A stretch of DNA of 64,000 nt from Prasinococcaceae sp. CCMP 1430 (Eukaryota; Plantae; Prasinodermophyta). A program made the translations under genes and the position numbers. Below, one piece after another: positions 12,444 through 25,418 of this stretch. Within the stretch, counting starts at the first letter, position 1, and every line of letters starts with the position of its first letter. The stretch lies in assembly GCA_013416795.1 (NCBI GenBank), contig RQSC01000630.1, positions 94,832-158,831 on the forward strand. The letters are read 5' to 3'. The notes under the pieces are model-generated. The model was not told the origin of the DNA. It searched no databases and saw nothing but the letters and a program-made list of their open reading frames with translations.

Positions 12444-12779
12444 CGCCACCGCACCGCGCGGCGCAGCCGCACGGCGGCTCCACGCGCGAGTCCCCAACCC
12501 CCACCCACCCACGACCACCGAGCACCTTTGCCTCCTCTCGTAGCTGCCTTTCCCCCCTCTCCTACCCCCCTCCCCTCTTCAGCCCAGGGGGGGGGCGAGC
12601 CAGCGCGCGCCTCGCCGCCGCTGTGGCGCCCCGCAGCCGCCGCCCGCGAGCGCGCGGAGGCGCGCGGCGGCCGCCACCTCGGACAGCTCCACACGCAGCG
12701 CAGCGTACGGTACACGTACTGTAAGGGTTACAGAAAGGTCCAATGAATAGGGTTATTCTCTGGACCCTGTTTTTAGTTC

Positions 12780-13017
12780 ATGGCGCCTGCGTGCCTGCGG
12801 NGGCGGCGCTCGGCCCCGCCGCGCCGCCGCTCGAGCCTCGGCCTGGAGCGAGCTGCGCGCTGACGCGCTCCGTGAGGCCAACGCGTTCGAGCCGGGCTGG
12901 ACGCGCGGGGCGGAGTCTTGGAATGGCAGGCTGGCCATGCTGGGTCTCGTCGCCGCCGTGACGATCGAGCTCTCCACGGGCCAGGGCGTGCTCCACTTCT
13001 TCGGCATCATGCCGTGA
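12780..13017 (+). CDS. One-helix LHC-family protein (HLIP/OHP/ELIP-like), interrupted by the N at 12801
   Basis: [40 protein letters not shown] carries the ExxNGRxAM chlorophyll-binding motif. Confidence 0.85.
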
Positions 13018-13509
13018 GGCACTGCGGCGTGGAGCCAGGCGAGCGCTTCCGTGCCCGCGACAGCCTGCGTCGGCGCCACTTGTACGAAGTAGGCCTCTGT
13101 GGCACGCGCAAGTCACAGGGGCAGTGTTGTAATAATACCTTCTCGGCAGCCCTGAACCTGTGCGCGCCGCGTGCGAGCACGTCTGCCTGGCTGAGGTGAG
13201 CGGCGCTCCTGCCGTCCCAAATACAACGCACGCGCGCCGTTCTAACCAGCACGTGCCACGCCCGGGCATGCCGCGCGGGCGCGCTCCTGGCGTGTGGCGG
13301 CGCTCCCGAAGTAGGCCTTCCGCACCTACGCATGCTTGTCAGCATACGCTGGCGCACCCACCCTGTGCACAGAGGTGCGACATCGGCAGCGATTTTATTT
13401 ACTGGCGGCTGCCGCCCATGCGCTGGCCCATCGCGCTGTGCGATCCAAGGTGTCGGACACGCCACGCAGCGTATGCCGCTCGGCTGTGGTGCGCCCACGG
13501 CCAGCTCGC

Positions 13510-13734
13510 TCAGCTCCCCCTCCAGTCAGCGGCGGCGTCGCTGTCGTCCTGCCTTCCTTGCGGCTTCGCCTGCGCGCTGCGGATCTCCTGCTTGAGCTTC
13601 TTCTGGCCCTTGGCGGAGATGCCCTTGTACTGCGCCGCCTCACGCTCCTCGGCCGCGGCGCGCAGCCGCTCGCGCCGCTCGAGATACTCCTCGTGCGACT
13701 CGGCCGCGGCCTCCTTCGAGCCACAGCAGCCCAT
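13510..13734 (-). CDS. Small VCP/p97-interacting protein (SVIP)-like, 74 aa
   Basis: MGCCGS acylation motif, ERRERLRAAAEERE, KGI, C-terminal W; layout resembles SVIP. Confidence 0.55.
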   Translation of the reverse strand: MGCCGSKEAAAESHEEYLERRERLRAAAEEREAAQYKGISAKGQKKLKQEIRSAQAKPQGRQDDSDAAADWRGS

Positions 13735-14109
13735 GTGCGCGCAGCACGTCCGGGTCAGGCGCGCCCAGGACGGGGGACTGTCGCACTCGCACGAGTGGGC
13801 CGCGGCCGCGTCCGCGCTCGCCGCGCGCTCTCCCCGTGTCGCCCGCCCACCCTCCCTCCTCCGACCACTCGACCCTGCTCGCTCGCCGTCGAGGGCACCC
13901 CGGCGAAGACGCGCTCACTCCTGCGCCGCTCCCCCCGCGCGCTGTGGCGCCATGGCGTGCCACCAGCGCCACGTGTGCGGTCGGCGGCGGGCCGCACGCA
14001 CGCTCTCCTTTCCTTTTCTTTGTGCCGTATCAAAATGCAAGCGGGTCGAGCCGAGGCCAAGGAGAAACGGAGCAGCACGGAGCGAATGCCGGTTCCGGTT
14101 GCAACTTGA

Positions 14110-15303
<1,194 letters not shown>

Positions 15304-15506
15304 GCAGCATCCGCTACAGATGCGCGCGCTGGGACCTCGCACCCAAAGACCCACGGCAGTACTTAGGTGTTGTTTCAAGGCGTGCACGCCATTTTTGTTT
15401 ACATGCTCGACCGTCACCGCGCGTGCCATGCGCGCGCCGTTTCATGCGCGCGCGATTGTCTGCCGACGCGGCCCCACGCGCTCGAGACGAGCCAGTGTCC
15501 CCGTCG

Positions 15507-16986
15507 CTACTGCGTCGCCGCTGCCGCTGCCGCCGCTGCCTCGTCGGGCATCTCCGCCTCCGTGAAGCAGCCCATCTCAGAGTTCTTGCCCGCCAGCGCT
15601 GTACCGCCAAGTCTTTGGGCCACCTCAGAGTACGAGCTCCACTTGGACATGAAGAGGTGCTGGACGTGCGATGCAAGCGCGTTCGCGCGCTCGCGTGTGA
15701 GTGTGAATGCGTGCAGATTTCGCTGTGGCGGTCGATAGCTCAGTGCATGCGCCGAGACAGGCACCTCAGAATGTACGACGCACGCTGGCTCGCGCCCGCA
15801 CCTCAGTCCGGCCCAGAAGCAGGAGCTCCGCCAGGGCGAAGCGCTGGCAGTCGCGTCCGCGCGCGGCGGGGCCCGCACAGCGCGCGTGCGCGGCGGCATC
15901 AGTGAGCAGCACCGCCCCTTCGCCACCAAGCGCCGCGGTGATGGCGTCGATGGCCTTGGGCGAGTCGGTAGCCAGCAGGAAGCGACTCGATGGGTGTGCG
16001 TCCGCATACGCTTGCAGGCGCGGCACGAAGGCGAGGTAGTGGCAGCGCACGCGCCACATCGCAGCCTCGCCCATCGCTGCCAAGCCTGCCGGGTGCGAAT
16101 CACCCAGGGCGTTGATGCCCGGAATGTCCCGCGTCTGGTTGGCTTCCATGCGCACGTGAACCCCGGCCACTCCTGACAGGGATCCACCGAACTTGTCCAC
16201 ATAGCTCTCCACCATGGTCGACACCGCACGTGTGGGGCGCAGGGACCTGAGCTCCCTGTTTATGTCGTCGTACCTGACGAAGGTGCGCGCAACCAACGTG
16301 AAAGCACTGCGCACGTAGACGTGGCGCGGGGAGGAGTCGTCCACACGCGCGTTTTTGCCCCCGGGAGCCATGTAGTCGTACTCATCCAGCCCCAGCCCCG
16401 ACGCGTCCGCCGCTGCCCGCAGCGAGTCCATGTCAGCCGAGGACAGCACGTCGAACCTGCTCTCGTCGACCTCGAACAAGTCCTCGAATTCGCAGCCGAC
16501 GTGCACGTCGGGTTCCCACACGAGCACTGCGCGCCTTTGCGACGCGCGAGCGAGCGCGAGCGCGCTGGCGCTGGCGCGAAGCCGGTTGGAGAGCCCATGG
16601 TACGCGTGCAGGAGCAGCAGGCGCTCGCCGCGCGCGAACACGCGCGCGAGCGCGAGCTCGTCCGTCTCTTTCTCCCGCGCGCCCGCTTGCGCCGCAGCGT
16701 TTCCACCGGTGGCGTAGCCTACGTGCGTGTGCATTCGGTCCAGGCCCGCTTGGGGCGATGGGATGCGTGTGGCCGGCGCACTGATCCCTGATCGCATCTG
16801 TGCGTGCTCGTGCGTTCGGACGCGCGCGGCCACGGCCACGAGCGCGAGCGCTCCCGCTGCAGCTGCGGCCAGTGCGAGTGCGAGCGCGGCCGCGTCGCGC
16901 CTTGGCCGTGCAGCGCCTCGCGCAACCCCGCGGCCGCCGCGCCGCGTCGCACTCAGCGGTAGCAGCGGCGTGCGGCGCGGCGCCAT
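15507..16986 (-). CDS. Type II membrane fucosyltransferase-like GT-B protein (NodZ/O-FucT-like), one 3' intron
   Basis: N-terminal TM anchor, HGLSNRLRA..SA, VGCEFEDLF, GVHVR, FLLATDS, ALAELLLL; spliced C-terminus SKWSSYSEVAQRLG. Confidence 0.65.
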
Positions 16987-17587
16987 CGTGCCCCACGCCC
17001 CGCGCTGCGCGTCACCAGCCTTGCGCCCCGGCCCTCCCTGCCCGCCCTGTGCTGCCGATACCTGGCCCGCGTGCGTTCGGGCAGCGCCGATCGGAGTATG
17101 GGTCAGTCGCTCCGCCGTTTGCTCGCTCGAGCGCTCGAGCGCGCAGGCGCTGGCGGCGGCGGGAGGGGGGGGGGGCGTGTGCCCGTGCAGGGGCGCCCGC
17201 GTCGCGCGCACTGGTGCACGCAGCAAGCCGCGGCGTAGGCAGGGCCGGCGGGGAACGCGCATCAAATCGAATGGTGCGTGCAAAGTACTGTACACCGACG
17301 CGGACACCAGTGACGTCGACGGATACACTCCGATATCGAGATCAAATCGCATGCGCTGAATGTCCGAATGTATTTTGACGTGATCGCGGTCGCGACCGAT
17401 GTGACAGCGGCGCCTTTTTTGCGCGCGCCCGTGGCGTGGCGCCGCGTCGCGGGGCGCGCCACTGCGCGCGCACGCGGACAGCCCCCACACCTTCCCCGAC
17501 AACGACAGCCTCGCCCGAGTCAGCCGCCGCACCGAACGCGCGCGCGCGCACGCGCGCACGCGTGCTTGCGCATTCGTGCAGTCGACG

Positions 17588-19376
17588 ATGGCCGACGGCG
17601 CCGCCGCGGGCGGCAGCAGCGGCAGCCTGAGCGGCGGCGACCCTGGGCCCTCGGTATCTGCATCGGCGAGGAGCGCGCGCCAGGCGCTGCTGCTTGCCGT
17701 GCAGGCGGTGAGCGTCAACGCACCTGCCGTGCGCAAGGAGCAAGAGGATCGCAAATGGATACTGGAGGGGGTTGGGGTCATCGGCTGGGGGCTGCGCAAG
17801 CATGGTCGCTGTCGTCGTGGGTCACTGGGACCGCGGAAGCAAGACGGGCGCCAGTGCCGCCGAGTCGGTGCCGCAGGCGAAAGCAGCGTCGGTAGCATTG
17901 GCGGCACTTTTGACGTCTGCGGCGGCGCCAACGGCCCTCGCGCCGCGTCGGCGGAGCGTGCGCGCCAGGCGCTGCTCCTGGTGACGCAGGTGATGGGCGC
18001 CAGCACTGCCGCCGTGCGCGAGGCGCGAGCGGAGCGCGAGCTCACCGGGATGGACGAGCTCGGCTTGCCTGCGACCTCGCGCGCAGCCAGAGATGGCGAC
18101 ATCGACCGCCTCCGGCTGTTGCTTGAGGCGGGCGCCGACACGGAACAAGCAGACGACGAAGGCTGGACTCCGTTGTTCTGGGCAGTGGACTCTGGCGAAG
18201 GTTCGGGTTGCGTCCGGCTGCTGCTCGACGCGGGCGCCGACGCCAACAAGGAAGCCAACTATGGCACTACTTCCTTAATTTGGGCAGCACAAATTGGTGA
18301 CGACCACTGCGTCAAGATATTGCTCGACGCGGGCGCCGACATGACAGTGATGATGACACAGGTGGATGATGACGCGCTGACTGCACTGATGGCAGCGGCC
18401 CGATATGGCCAGACTGACTGCGTCAAGACGCTGCTCAGGGCGGGCGCCGACGCCAAGAAGGTCAACAACGACGGGCAGTCTGCGCTGATTTTCGCGGCCC
18501 AAGGAGGCTACACTGACTGCGTCAAGACGCTGCTCGACGCAGGCGCCGACGCGGACAAGACCACGCGTAATGGCTGCACTGCACTGATGGAAGCGGCCCA
18601 CTTCGGCTGCACTGACTGCGTCAAGACGCTGCTCGACGCAGGCGCCGATGTGAACAACAAGACCATGTATGGCTGGACTGCGCTGATGGTCGCGGCCGAA
18701 GGTGGCCACACTGACTGCGTCAAGACGCTGCTCGACGCAGGCGCCGATGTGAACAACAAGAACATGTATGGCTGGACTGCGCTGATGGTCGCGGCCGAAG
18801 GTGGTCACACTGACTGCGTCAAGACGCTAGCGGCTCGACGCAGGCGCCGACGCGGACAACACCACGCGTGCCGGCTGGACTGCGCTCATGTTCGCGGCCC
18901 GAGGACGCCACGTAGACAGCGTACGAGCGTTGCTCAAGGCGGGCGCCGACGTCACCATTGCTACAGATACCGGCCGCACGGCACTCAAGATCGCCGAGAC
19001 GGCGGCCGTCACCCCCAACGCCGAGGTCGTCGCCCTGCTGCGCGCTGCACAGACGCCGCAGCCGTACGATGATTCGAATGACGAATGGACGGAGGAGTGC
19101 CTCCTAGACTCGGACGACTCGAATGACGAATGGACGGAGGAGTGCCTCCTAGACTCGGACGACTCGGACGACTCAAACGCAGAAAACCATCCTGACAACG
19201 ACTTTCCGGAGGAGCAGGACAGCGACTTGGACGACGACACCTTCGGCGGCATGGGCATGCGCATGGAGGCTGCCACGCATGGCGGGTCCGGGCGAGGCGG
19301 CGGCGATCACGGCATCGGGGGCGACGACAGCGAGTACGACGTCTACGAATACGTCGAGGAAAGCGACAGCGAGTAA
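17588..19376 (+). pseudogene. Ankyrin-repeat protein with acidic tail, frameshifted by a 4-bp insertion (AGCG, 18829-18832)
   Basis: About 9 GWTALM.AA..GH.DCVKTLLDAGAD units. Removing AGCG joins ORF 17576-19072 to ORF 18888-19376. Confidence 0.85.
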
Positions 19377-19787
19377 GACTCGGGCGTCGACGAATTCGGC
19401 AAGCATAGCGACAGCGAGGACGACGTCGACAGACACGACGATGATAGCGACTGACCGCGCTGCTCGCAGCTCGATGTCGCCACCACGATAAAGCCCAAAT
19501 ATACTTAGTACCACTGGAGGCGGCCAACATGGGCGCGCTCTTCATCACAGACAGCAGGGGCCCAGCACAGCGCAGCGCTCAGGCTCGCTCGCCCGCGAGC
19601 ATGCCCGCGCGCAAGCCCGCCCACGCGCCCACCCACCCACCCGCAGCCTGGCTCGCTCGGCCACCATTCAGCGCACGCGCGAATTTCGCGCCGAGAGACT
19701 TCTGGACCGCAAGTGCATACGAGCGTGCGTGCGTGTGTGTCTCACCGGCGAACGCCGGGTTTGCTTGTTTTTACTTCGACTCGTCGA

Positions 19788-21581
19788 TCATGCTTGCTCG
19801 CCATCGTAGCGCGTCTCGTAGAGGCTGAGATCGTCCTCGCTGTCGCTCTCGCAAAGGCGGACGAAGTCGTCAACTGCGAGGCTGGGCCCGTTCGCAGCGG
19901 CCTTGAGTGTGTCCTTGAGGGCCTGCTTGCACACAAGGCCCGCGCCGTCCCAGCTCACGTCGCAGACTTCGTCCGCGATGGCGTCAATGGAAATGCGCCG
20001 ACTTTCCTCCGCGTCACCGCTCCCGCTAGCCCCGCCGTTGGACGAATCCCCGGCGGCCCCGCCGGTCCCGCCAGCATCGCCGTTTGAAGCCCTGGCGCTC
20101 ATGCTCTCGAAGGCATCGCGAGCCCATTTGCCCCACTCAGCGCTTTCCTCGAGCGTGTGCCACTCTGTGAGCGCGGCGATCCACTCAGACAACGAGATGT
20201 CGCCAGAATGATCGACATCCACTACCTCGAAAAGCTCACGCACTTCTTCTCTCGTCAGGCTGTACCCACGCACCTCGAGGCCCTTCACGAGGTCCTCGAA
20301 GCGTATGCCGCCCCCGTCTGCGCTCCCATTGCTGCTCTGGATCTCCGAGTACAGCCTTCGCAGCGAATCCGACTCCTGCTCGCGCTCCTCCATCTTGCTC
20401 GCCACCGATGTCAGCACGCTCCTCCGGAGGGCGCCCATCGTGGCGAAGCGCTGTAGCCTCGCCACGACAGTACCGGCGAGGTCGTCACTGCCCTGATAGT
20501 GTGCCACGCAGTCTTCTCCGTCGGGCCCGCAGAACCACTCGCACATGAGCGCCTGCTTGGCCGTCGGCCGCGCGCTCGGATCCTTGTTCAGCAACGAGCG
20601 GACGAGCGCAATCGCCTCCTCGGGCACCTGGGTGTCCCACGGCTCGCCCTCGAAGCTAGGTTTCTTGGACTGAATGGCACTGAAGACCTCGCGTGTGATC
20701 AGGGCTTCGCCGCTTTTGTCCGTGAATGGAAAGCGACCCGACAAAAGCTGATAGATGAGCACACCGCAGCTCCACAGATCCGCTTTGAGCCCTGCGCTTC
20801 TCTGCAACACTTCTGGCGCAACGTATGCCACTGTGCCGCACTTTGTTGTGTACGGCGGGTCGCTAGGCTTCTGCATCTTCGCAAGGCCAAAGTCGGAGAG
20901 CTTGAGCGGTGCTTCCGCGTCCTTTGAGAGATACAGGAAATTCTCGGGCTTGACGTCACGGAAGGCGACGTGGTGCGCGTGGCACTGGGCGATCGCTTGC
21001 AGTACTGCGCGCGCCACGGCCTTCGCCCCGTCAGGGCCAAAGGTCCCGCTGGCGATGTCCCCGCTCTCGAAAAGCGCGCCGCCCGCGCACAGCTCGAGCT
21101 GCAGATGCACGGCATCGTTGTCCTCGAACGCGTCATACAGCGTGCAGACGTTCAGGGAGCGGCCGAGCTGCGACTGGATATCAACCTCCCGCCTGATGTT
21201 GCGCAAACGGCGTAAGGTCTGAGAATAGCCCATCTTCGGGAGGCGCTTCTTTATGGTCTTCACGGCAAAGCGCTGGCCATCGGTACGACGCGTGGCGAGC
21301 CGAACGACGCCCTGGCCTCCGGCACCGATGATGCCCTTCGCGCCTCCCTCGACATCCAGCTGTGCATCCAAGTCTCGCCTGTATCCGCAGTCGAATTCGT
21401 CCTTCGCTGGCGCAGCAAGCGCGGCCGAGCCGCCGCCGCCACCGCCTGCCGACCCCGCGCAACGCAAGCGCGTAGGTGCCGGCGCCCGCCTGCACGCAGC
21501 CCGAGCGGCACGCGTGGCGCCTGCGACGCAATGGCCGTGCCCGCGGCGTGCCGCAGGCACGTGCTCCACGCCTGCGGCCAT
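19788..21581 (-). CDS. Calcium-dependent protein kinase (CDPK) with partly degenerate EF-hands
   Basis: GAGGQG, AVKTI, FRDVKPENFL, DFG, YVAPEVL, junction VVARLQRFA.M..LRR.VL, EF-hand DVDHSGDISLSEW. Confidence 0.9.
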   Translation of the reverse strand: MAAGVEHVPAARRGHGHCVAGATRAARAACRRAPAPTRLRCAGSAGGGGGGSAALAAPAKDEFDCGYRRDLDAQLDVEGGAKGIIGAGGQGVVRLATRRTDGQRFAVKTIKKRLPKMGYSQTLRRLRNIRREVDIQSQLGRSLNVCTLYDAFEDNDAVHLQLELCAGGALFESGDIASGTFGPDGAKAVARAVLQAIAQCHAHHVAFRDVKPENFLYLSKDAEAPLKLSDFGLAKMQKPSDPPYTTKCGTVAYVAPEVLQRSAGLKADLWSCGVLIYQLLSGRFPFTDKSGEALITREVFSAIQSKKPSFEGEPWDTQVPEEAIALVRSLLNKDPSARPTAKQALMCEWFCGPDGEDCVAHYQGSDDLAGTVVARLQRFATMGALRRSVLTSVASKMEEREQESDSLRRLYSEIQSSNGSADGGGIRFEDLVKGLEVRGYSLTREEVRELFEVVDVDHSGDISLSEWIAALTEWHTLEESAEWGKWARDAFESMSARASNGDAGGTGGAAGDSSNGGASGSGDAEESRRISIDAIADEVCDVSWDGAGLVCKQALKDTLKAAANGPSLAVDDFVRLCESDSEDDLSLYETRYDGEQA

Positions 21582-21855
21582 GCGCGCGCCTGTCCGCCAG
21601 GCGCCTGAGAGCGAGCCCGCGAGCTCAGCAGCCCGCGCCCTTCCCTCCCGCGCACGAGCGCCGCGGCCCGCCGCGCCGCTCGTGTGCTATGGCACGCCCT
21701 CGCTGCGCGCCTAGCTGGGTGCCGTCGGAAATCTTTCGAAGGCTGTTCCCGACGCGTTTTGTTGAGCGAAGCGTGGCTGGGTCCCGCCACAGGGGGCGCG
21801 TGGGCGCGCACGTTCGCGGATGCCACCGTGAGGACGCGCGCGGCGCGAGGGCGCT

Positions 21856-23285
21856 ATGGCAGCGCGAAGAACTCGCGCGCGTAGGCCGTCTCGGCGGCGG
21901 CCAGCGGCCGGCGCTTCTGCCGCCGCTGCCACGTTGCCCGCGCTGGCACTGGCGCTGGCAGTAGCGCTGGCGATGGTGACACCCCCAGCAGTGTTGGGCG
22001 CAGGCCTGGACGATAGCACGCTGCGCTCGGCTGCACGTTTGCTCGAGCCTGAGCTCTTCCAGGACCTACCCGAGCGTTTCGCGGATGGCTTCAAGGTGTG
22101 TATGCGGAGACGCCGCCGCGGCAGGCGCTGACGACGCTCTGCAAGCCAGTCTCTGACAGGCAGGTGCACTCCAACGCCCGCTTCGCACGCCAGGCCCCGT
22201 GCTGGTACGTCGCTGCTGGCGATCAGCAAGGCGCGATGCCTCGCTCGTTGCGCTGCCTCCCATTCTTTTACCTTCTCGGACCCTTCCACAGCGGCGGAAG
22301 CGACCTGTACTCTCGCCTCGCGGCCCACCCAGACGTAGTGGTCAACCCGGCCCCGCACCTGCACTTCTGGGCCGAGTCGAGGCCACCAACGCAGATGTGG
22401 AAGAGCTATTCGGAGCCATCCGCTGATGTCATGGCCGCGCCGTCCACGGCTGTGTTCGGGGACGCGTCACCCAGTGCATTCACTTTCTATCGCGCGCACG
22501 GCGTGCGCTTCCACGAGGACTACATGACGAACCTGCAGCCATGCTATGCTGATTGCAACGCTCTGCAGGGTGACAAGGACACGTGCAAGTCGGAGTGCTT
22601 CGCGCCCGCGATGGCTGCCCAGCGCGCCGCCGACAAAGCGCGCGGCGCGGAGCTCAACATCCCGACTCTGCTGCGCGCGGTGTATGCCGCAGCTGGCGGC
22701 GGCGCCCAGAGGCTGCGCCTCGTCGCGACGCTGCGAGACCCAACGGCGCGATTGCATCATGCCTTCTGGACATACGAGCACTACCGCAAGCGCTACGGTG
22801 AGACGCCAGAGGGCTTTCTCGAGTTCGTTCGGGAGCAAATCGGAGCGATGGAGCGCTGCTTCGAGGAATTCACGGAGCGAGAGTGCGCAGTGAATTTCGA
22901 GGGTCTGAGCCTTCAGAACGAGCGCGTCTTTTTCCATGCCGATCAGGTGCTGCGAGGGTTGTATGTCGTGTTTGCCGAGGAGTGGCTGGACGCCTTCCCT
23001 GAGGGCCAGCTGCTTTTCGTGCGGTCAGAGGACCTTTTCGACGACGACCTGCGCGAGGGTGTCATGCGTGAGGTCTGGCATCACCTTGGCCTGCGTGTAC
23101 CAGATGGCGACGCGTTCGCGAAGGCGACGGCTCAGCACGTCAGCAAGGACGGCGCTCTCTCGCCCGCTGGGCGTGAGCTGCCGCCTATGTTACCCGAGGC
23201 GAAGGCTTTGGTTGACGCATTTTACGAGCCGTTCAACGCGCGCCTGAGCGCGCTACTTGGCGACGAGCGCTTCCGATGGGCGTAG
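21856..23285 (+). CDS. Golgi sulfotransferase, CHST15/GalNAc4S-6ST-like; probable intron 22096-22193
   Basis: Spliced GFK|APCW...LRCLPFFYLLG....DLYSRLAAHPDV, GDASPS, TLRDPTARL (3'-PB), GLY..F...WL..FP..QL..VRSED, FYEPFN..L..LL.D.RF.W. Confidence 0.85.
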
Positions 23286-23561
23286 GTTGGCGGTGCGATG
23301 AAGAATAATAGTCCGGATGTGAGTGCATGCATGCACGCAGTCCCTTCCTTTGGGCCGCACGCTTGAATGTGCCCGCGGCGCATCGTGCGAGAGAGAAAGT
23401 ACACGTGCCGACATGCGCTGTCGGTCATTTGCATGGCGTGCGTGTTGGATAGATAGATGCGCAGATACTGGAATTGCGACGACTATTTGAGGGCGAGATG
23501 GGAGGTAGTAATTGCACCATGCGCGTCGTGACACGCTGGCTAGTGAAACGAGGGGCAGTGG

Positions 23562-25001
23562 TCAGACGTGGGGCCATCGAACGAGCTTGCGTAGCAGCAT
23601 ACGCTCGAGCTGGCCGTGACCCAGGGCGGCATCAACCGACTGGATCTCCGCGGTGAGCTTCGAGCGCGCCATCGCCTCGAGCTCGAAGCGCTCGCGGGCG
23701 CGTGCTGGACCCTGGAGTCCTGGTGAGGAGAGCAAGCTGTCCAAGGTTGCTTTCCCACGCGGACCGAGCGGCTTGAAGCTGGAGGCTGGTAGCTCGTCTA
23801 GATCGACTTCGAGCGGCCCGAGCCAGGCAATAGTTGGCACGTCCAGTACGTCCATCTCGTCTCCGTTTTGTTCCGGCTTCGATGGTGCTGCACCGGTTGG
23901 CCCGTGCTCGCTCCTGGCTGTCCCGGCCGCGCTGCGGTCTAGAGACCGCGCGAATCCGCCATTGCGATACGTGAGGATGATCGCACACCCATGCGGATTC
24001 CAGTCGACCACGGCGAGGACCGGCACGCTTGGCATCGCGACGTGAAGGGCCTTGAGTAGCGCCCGAGTGCCGAGATCGGGATAGCCCTTTGCAGTGAGCA
24101 TCACGCAGGGAAAGCTCTCCCACAGGCGTGCCTCTACCAGCTGCTGGAAGGTAGCGTCCTTCTCAATGACCAGCAGTGCCTGAGCATCGCATGCAACTAT
24201 CTCGGAGCGCAGGAGGGCCTCAATGTCGCCCGAAATGGCGTGACCGCCGGCTCCGCGGTCGGAGCAGTCCACCGCGGCGGTTGTGCCGCCTTCGCGAAGG
24301 ATGAGGTTCCCGGCAACTGCGCCTCGGCCGGCTGCAACGACCCCGAGGCAATGTCGGGGGCAGCGAAGCAGCGTGGCAACGTCCGCGAGCGCGTTGTTCA
24401 CTACAGCCTGCGTGCACCCGGCGAAGGCAGGGTGTGTGCAGAGGGCGTCTGCGTGCATCCACGGACGTGCGTTAGCGCGATGCGGGAGGGGGGCGGCGGG
24501 AGCGCCCGGCCGTGCGCAATCAAGTCAAGTGTCGGACGACGCTAGCGATCGGCCACCTTGCGCTAGAGCGCGCCCGCGCAACCACGTACAGTATAGCTCT
24601 CGCAGCGAGGCCTTTCGCCCACTCGCAAGCAGCTTGTCAACAGCCTCAAGCACGACGAACACGCGCACGTAGGCATCCCTGTGCGATGCTCGCTCGAGTC
24701 GCCGTCCCGTCGTGTTGCCCGCTCTCCGCCCCTCGGTGCTTTGTCGGGGTCCGCCTGCAGCCCCCACGCCGACCGCGAGCGGCGGGGTCAGTGGCATGGG
24801 TGGGCCGTTCTGCCCCGCTGCAGGGTGCGCTCGTGCGCAGGTGGCGGTGAGTGTGTCTGCGGCGTCGCGCCAATCACGGAGCCATGCGGCCGTCCTCGCG
24901 CGCACTTCCGCCGGCGTCGGCCACGCCACGAGCATCGCCGCGAGTGCGTCGCCGTTGCCACCGCCTCCGTGATTGCCTCCGCAGCCGTGCATCGCTGCCA
25001 T
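23562..25001 (-). CDS. SPO11-2: Meiotic SPO11-2, intron 24449-24589
   Basis: Spliced LRELYYALC; DVATLLRCPRHCLGVVAAGRGAVAG, VIEKDATFQQL, TAKGYPDLGTR and VDWNPHG follow the plant SPO11-2 pattern. Confidence 0.88.
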
Positions 25002-25418
25002 CGCGCGCGTCGGGCAGCGACGCCACGCGCCCGCGAACCGCGAGCAATTGTGACGACGTCTCGCAGGACTCCTGCCGCACCGGGCTGATCAAAGGCGTCA
25101 ACGCAGCGGAAAAAAACGTGCTCAGCGGGAGCGCGCAGGGGTGTCAGGCGGAGGCCTCGGCGCCGCGAGGAGGTTTGCGCGATGGGGGCGAAGAGCGGCC
25201 GCCGTGGCTGCGCCGGGCGCGGTGCGCGGCGGGTGTGGCACCCGTCCCCTCGACGCGGGCAGCCTTCCCCCCCCCCCCCCGACCCCAGCAATGCGTCCCT
25301 CTCCCATGGTAACTTTTACTTTTACCTCCTTCCGTCCATCAATTGCATTCCAGTTTTTCGATCCACGCCATGCCTGAACATACGTAGCTTAGCATCATGA
25401 TGTTAAACCCTCCAAATC

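Noticed and set aside
13135-13150. ATACCTTCTCGGC resembling the 5' end of U2 snRNA
   Set aside because: Similarity stops after 13 nt; no branch-point-binding GTAGTA and no Sm site.
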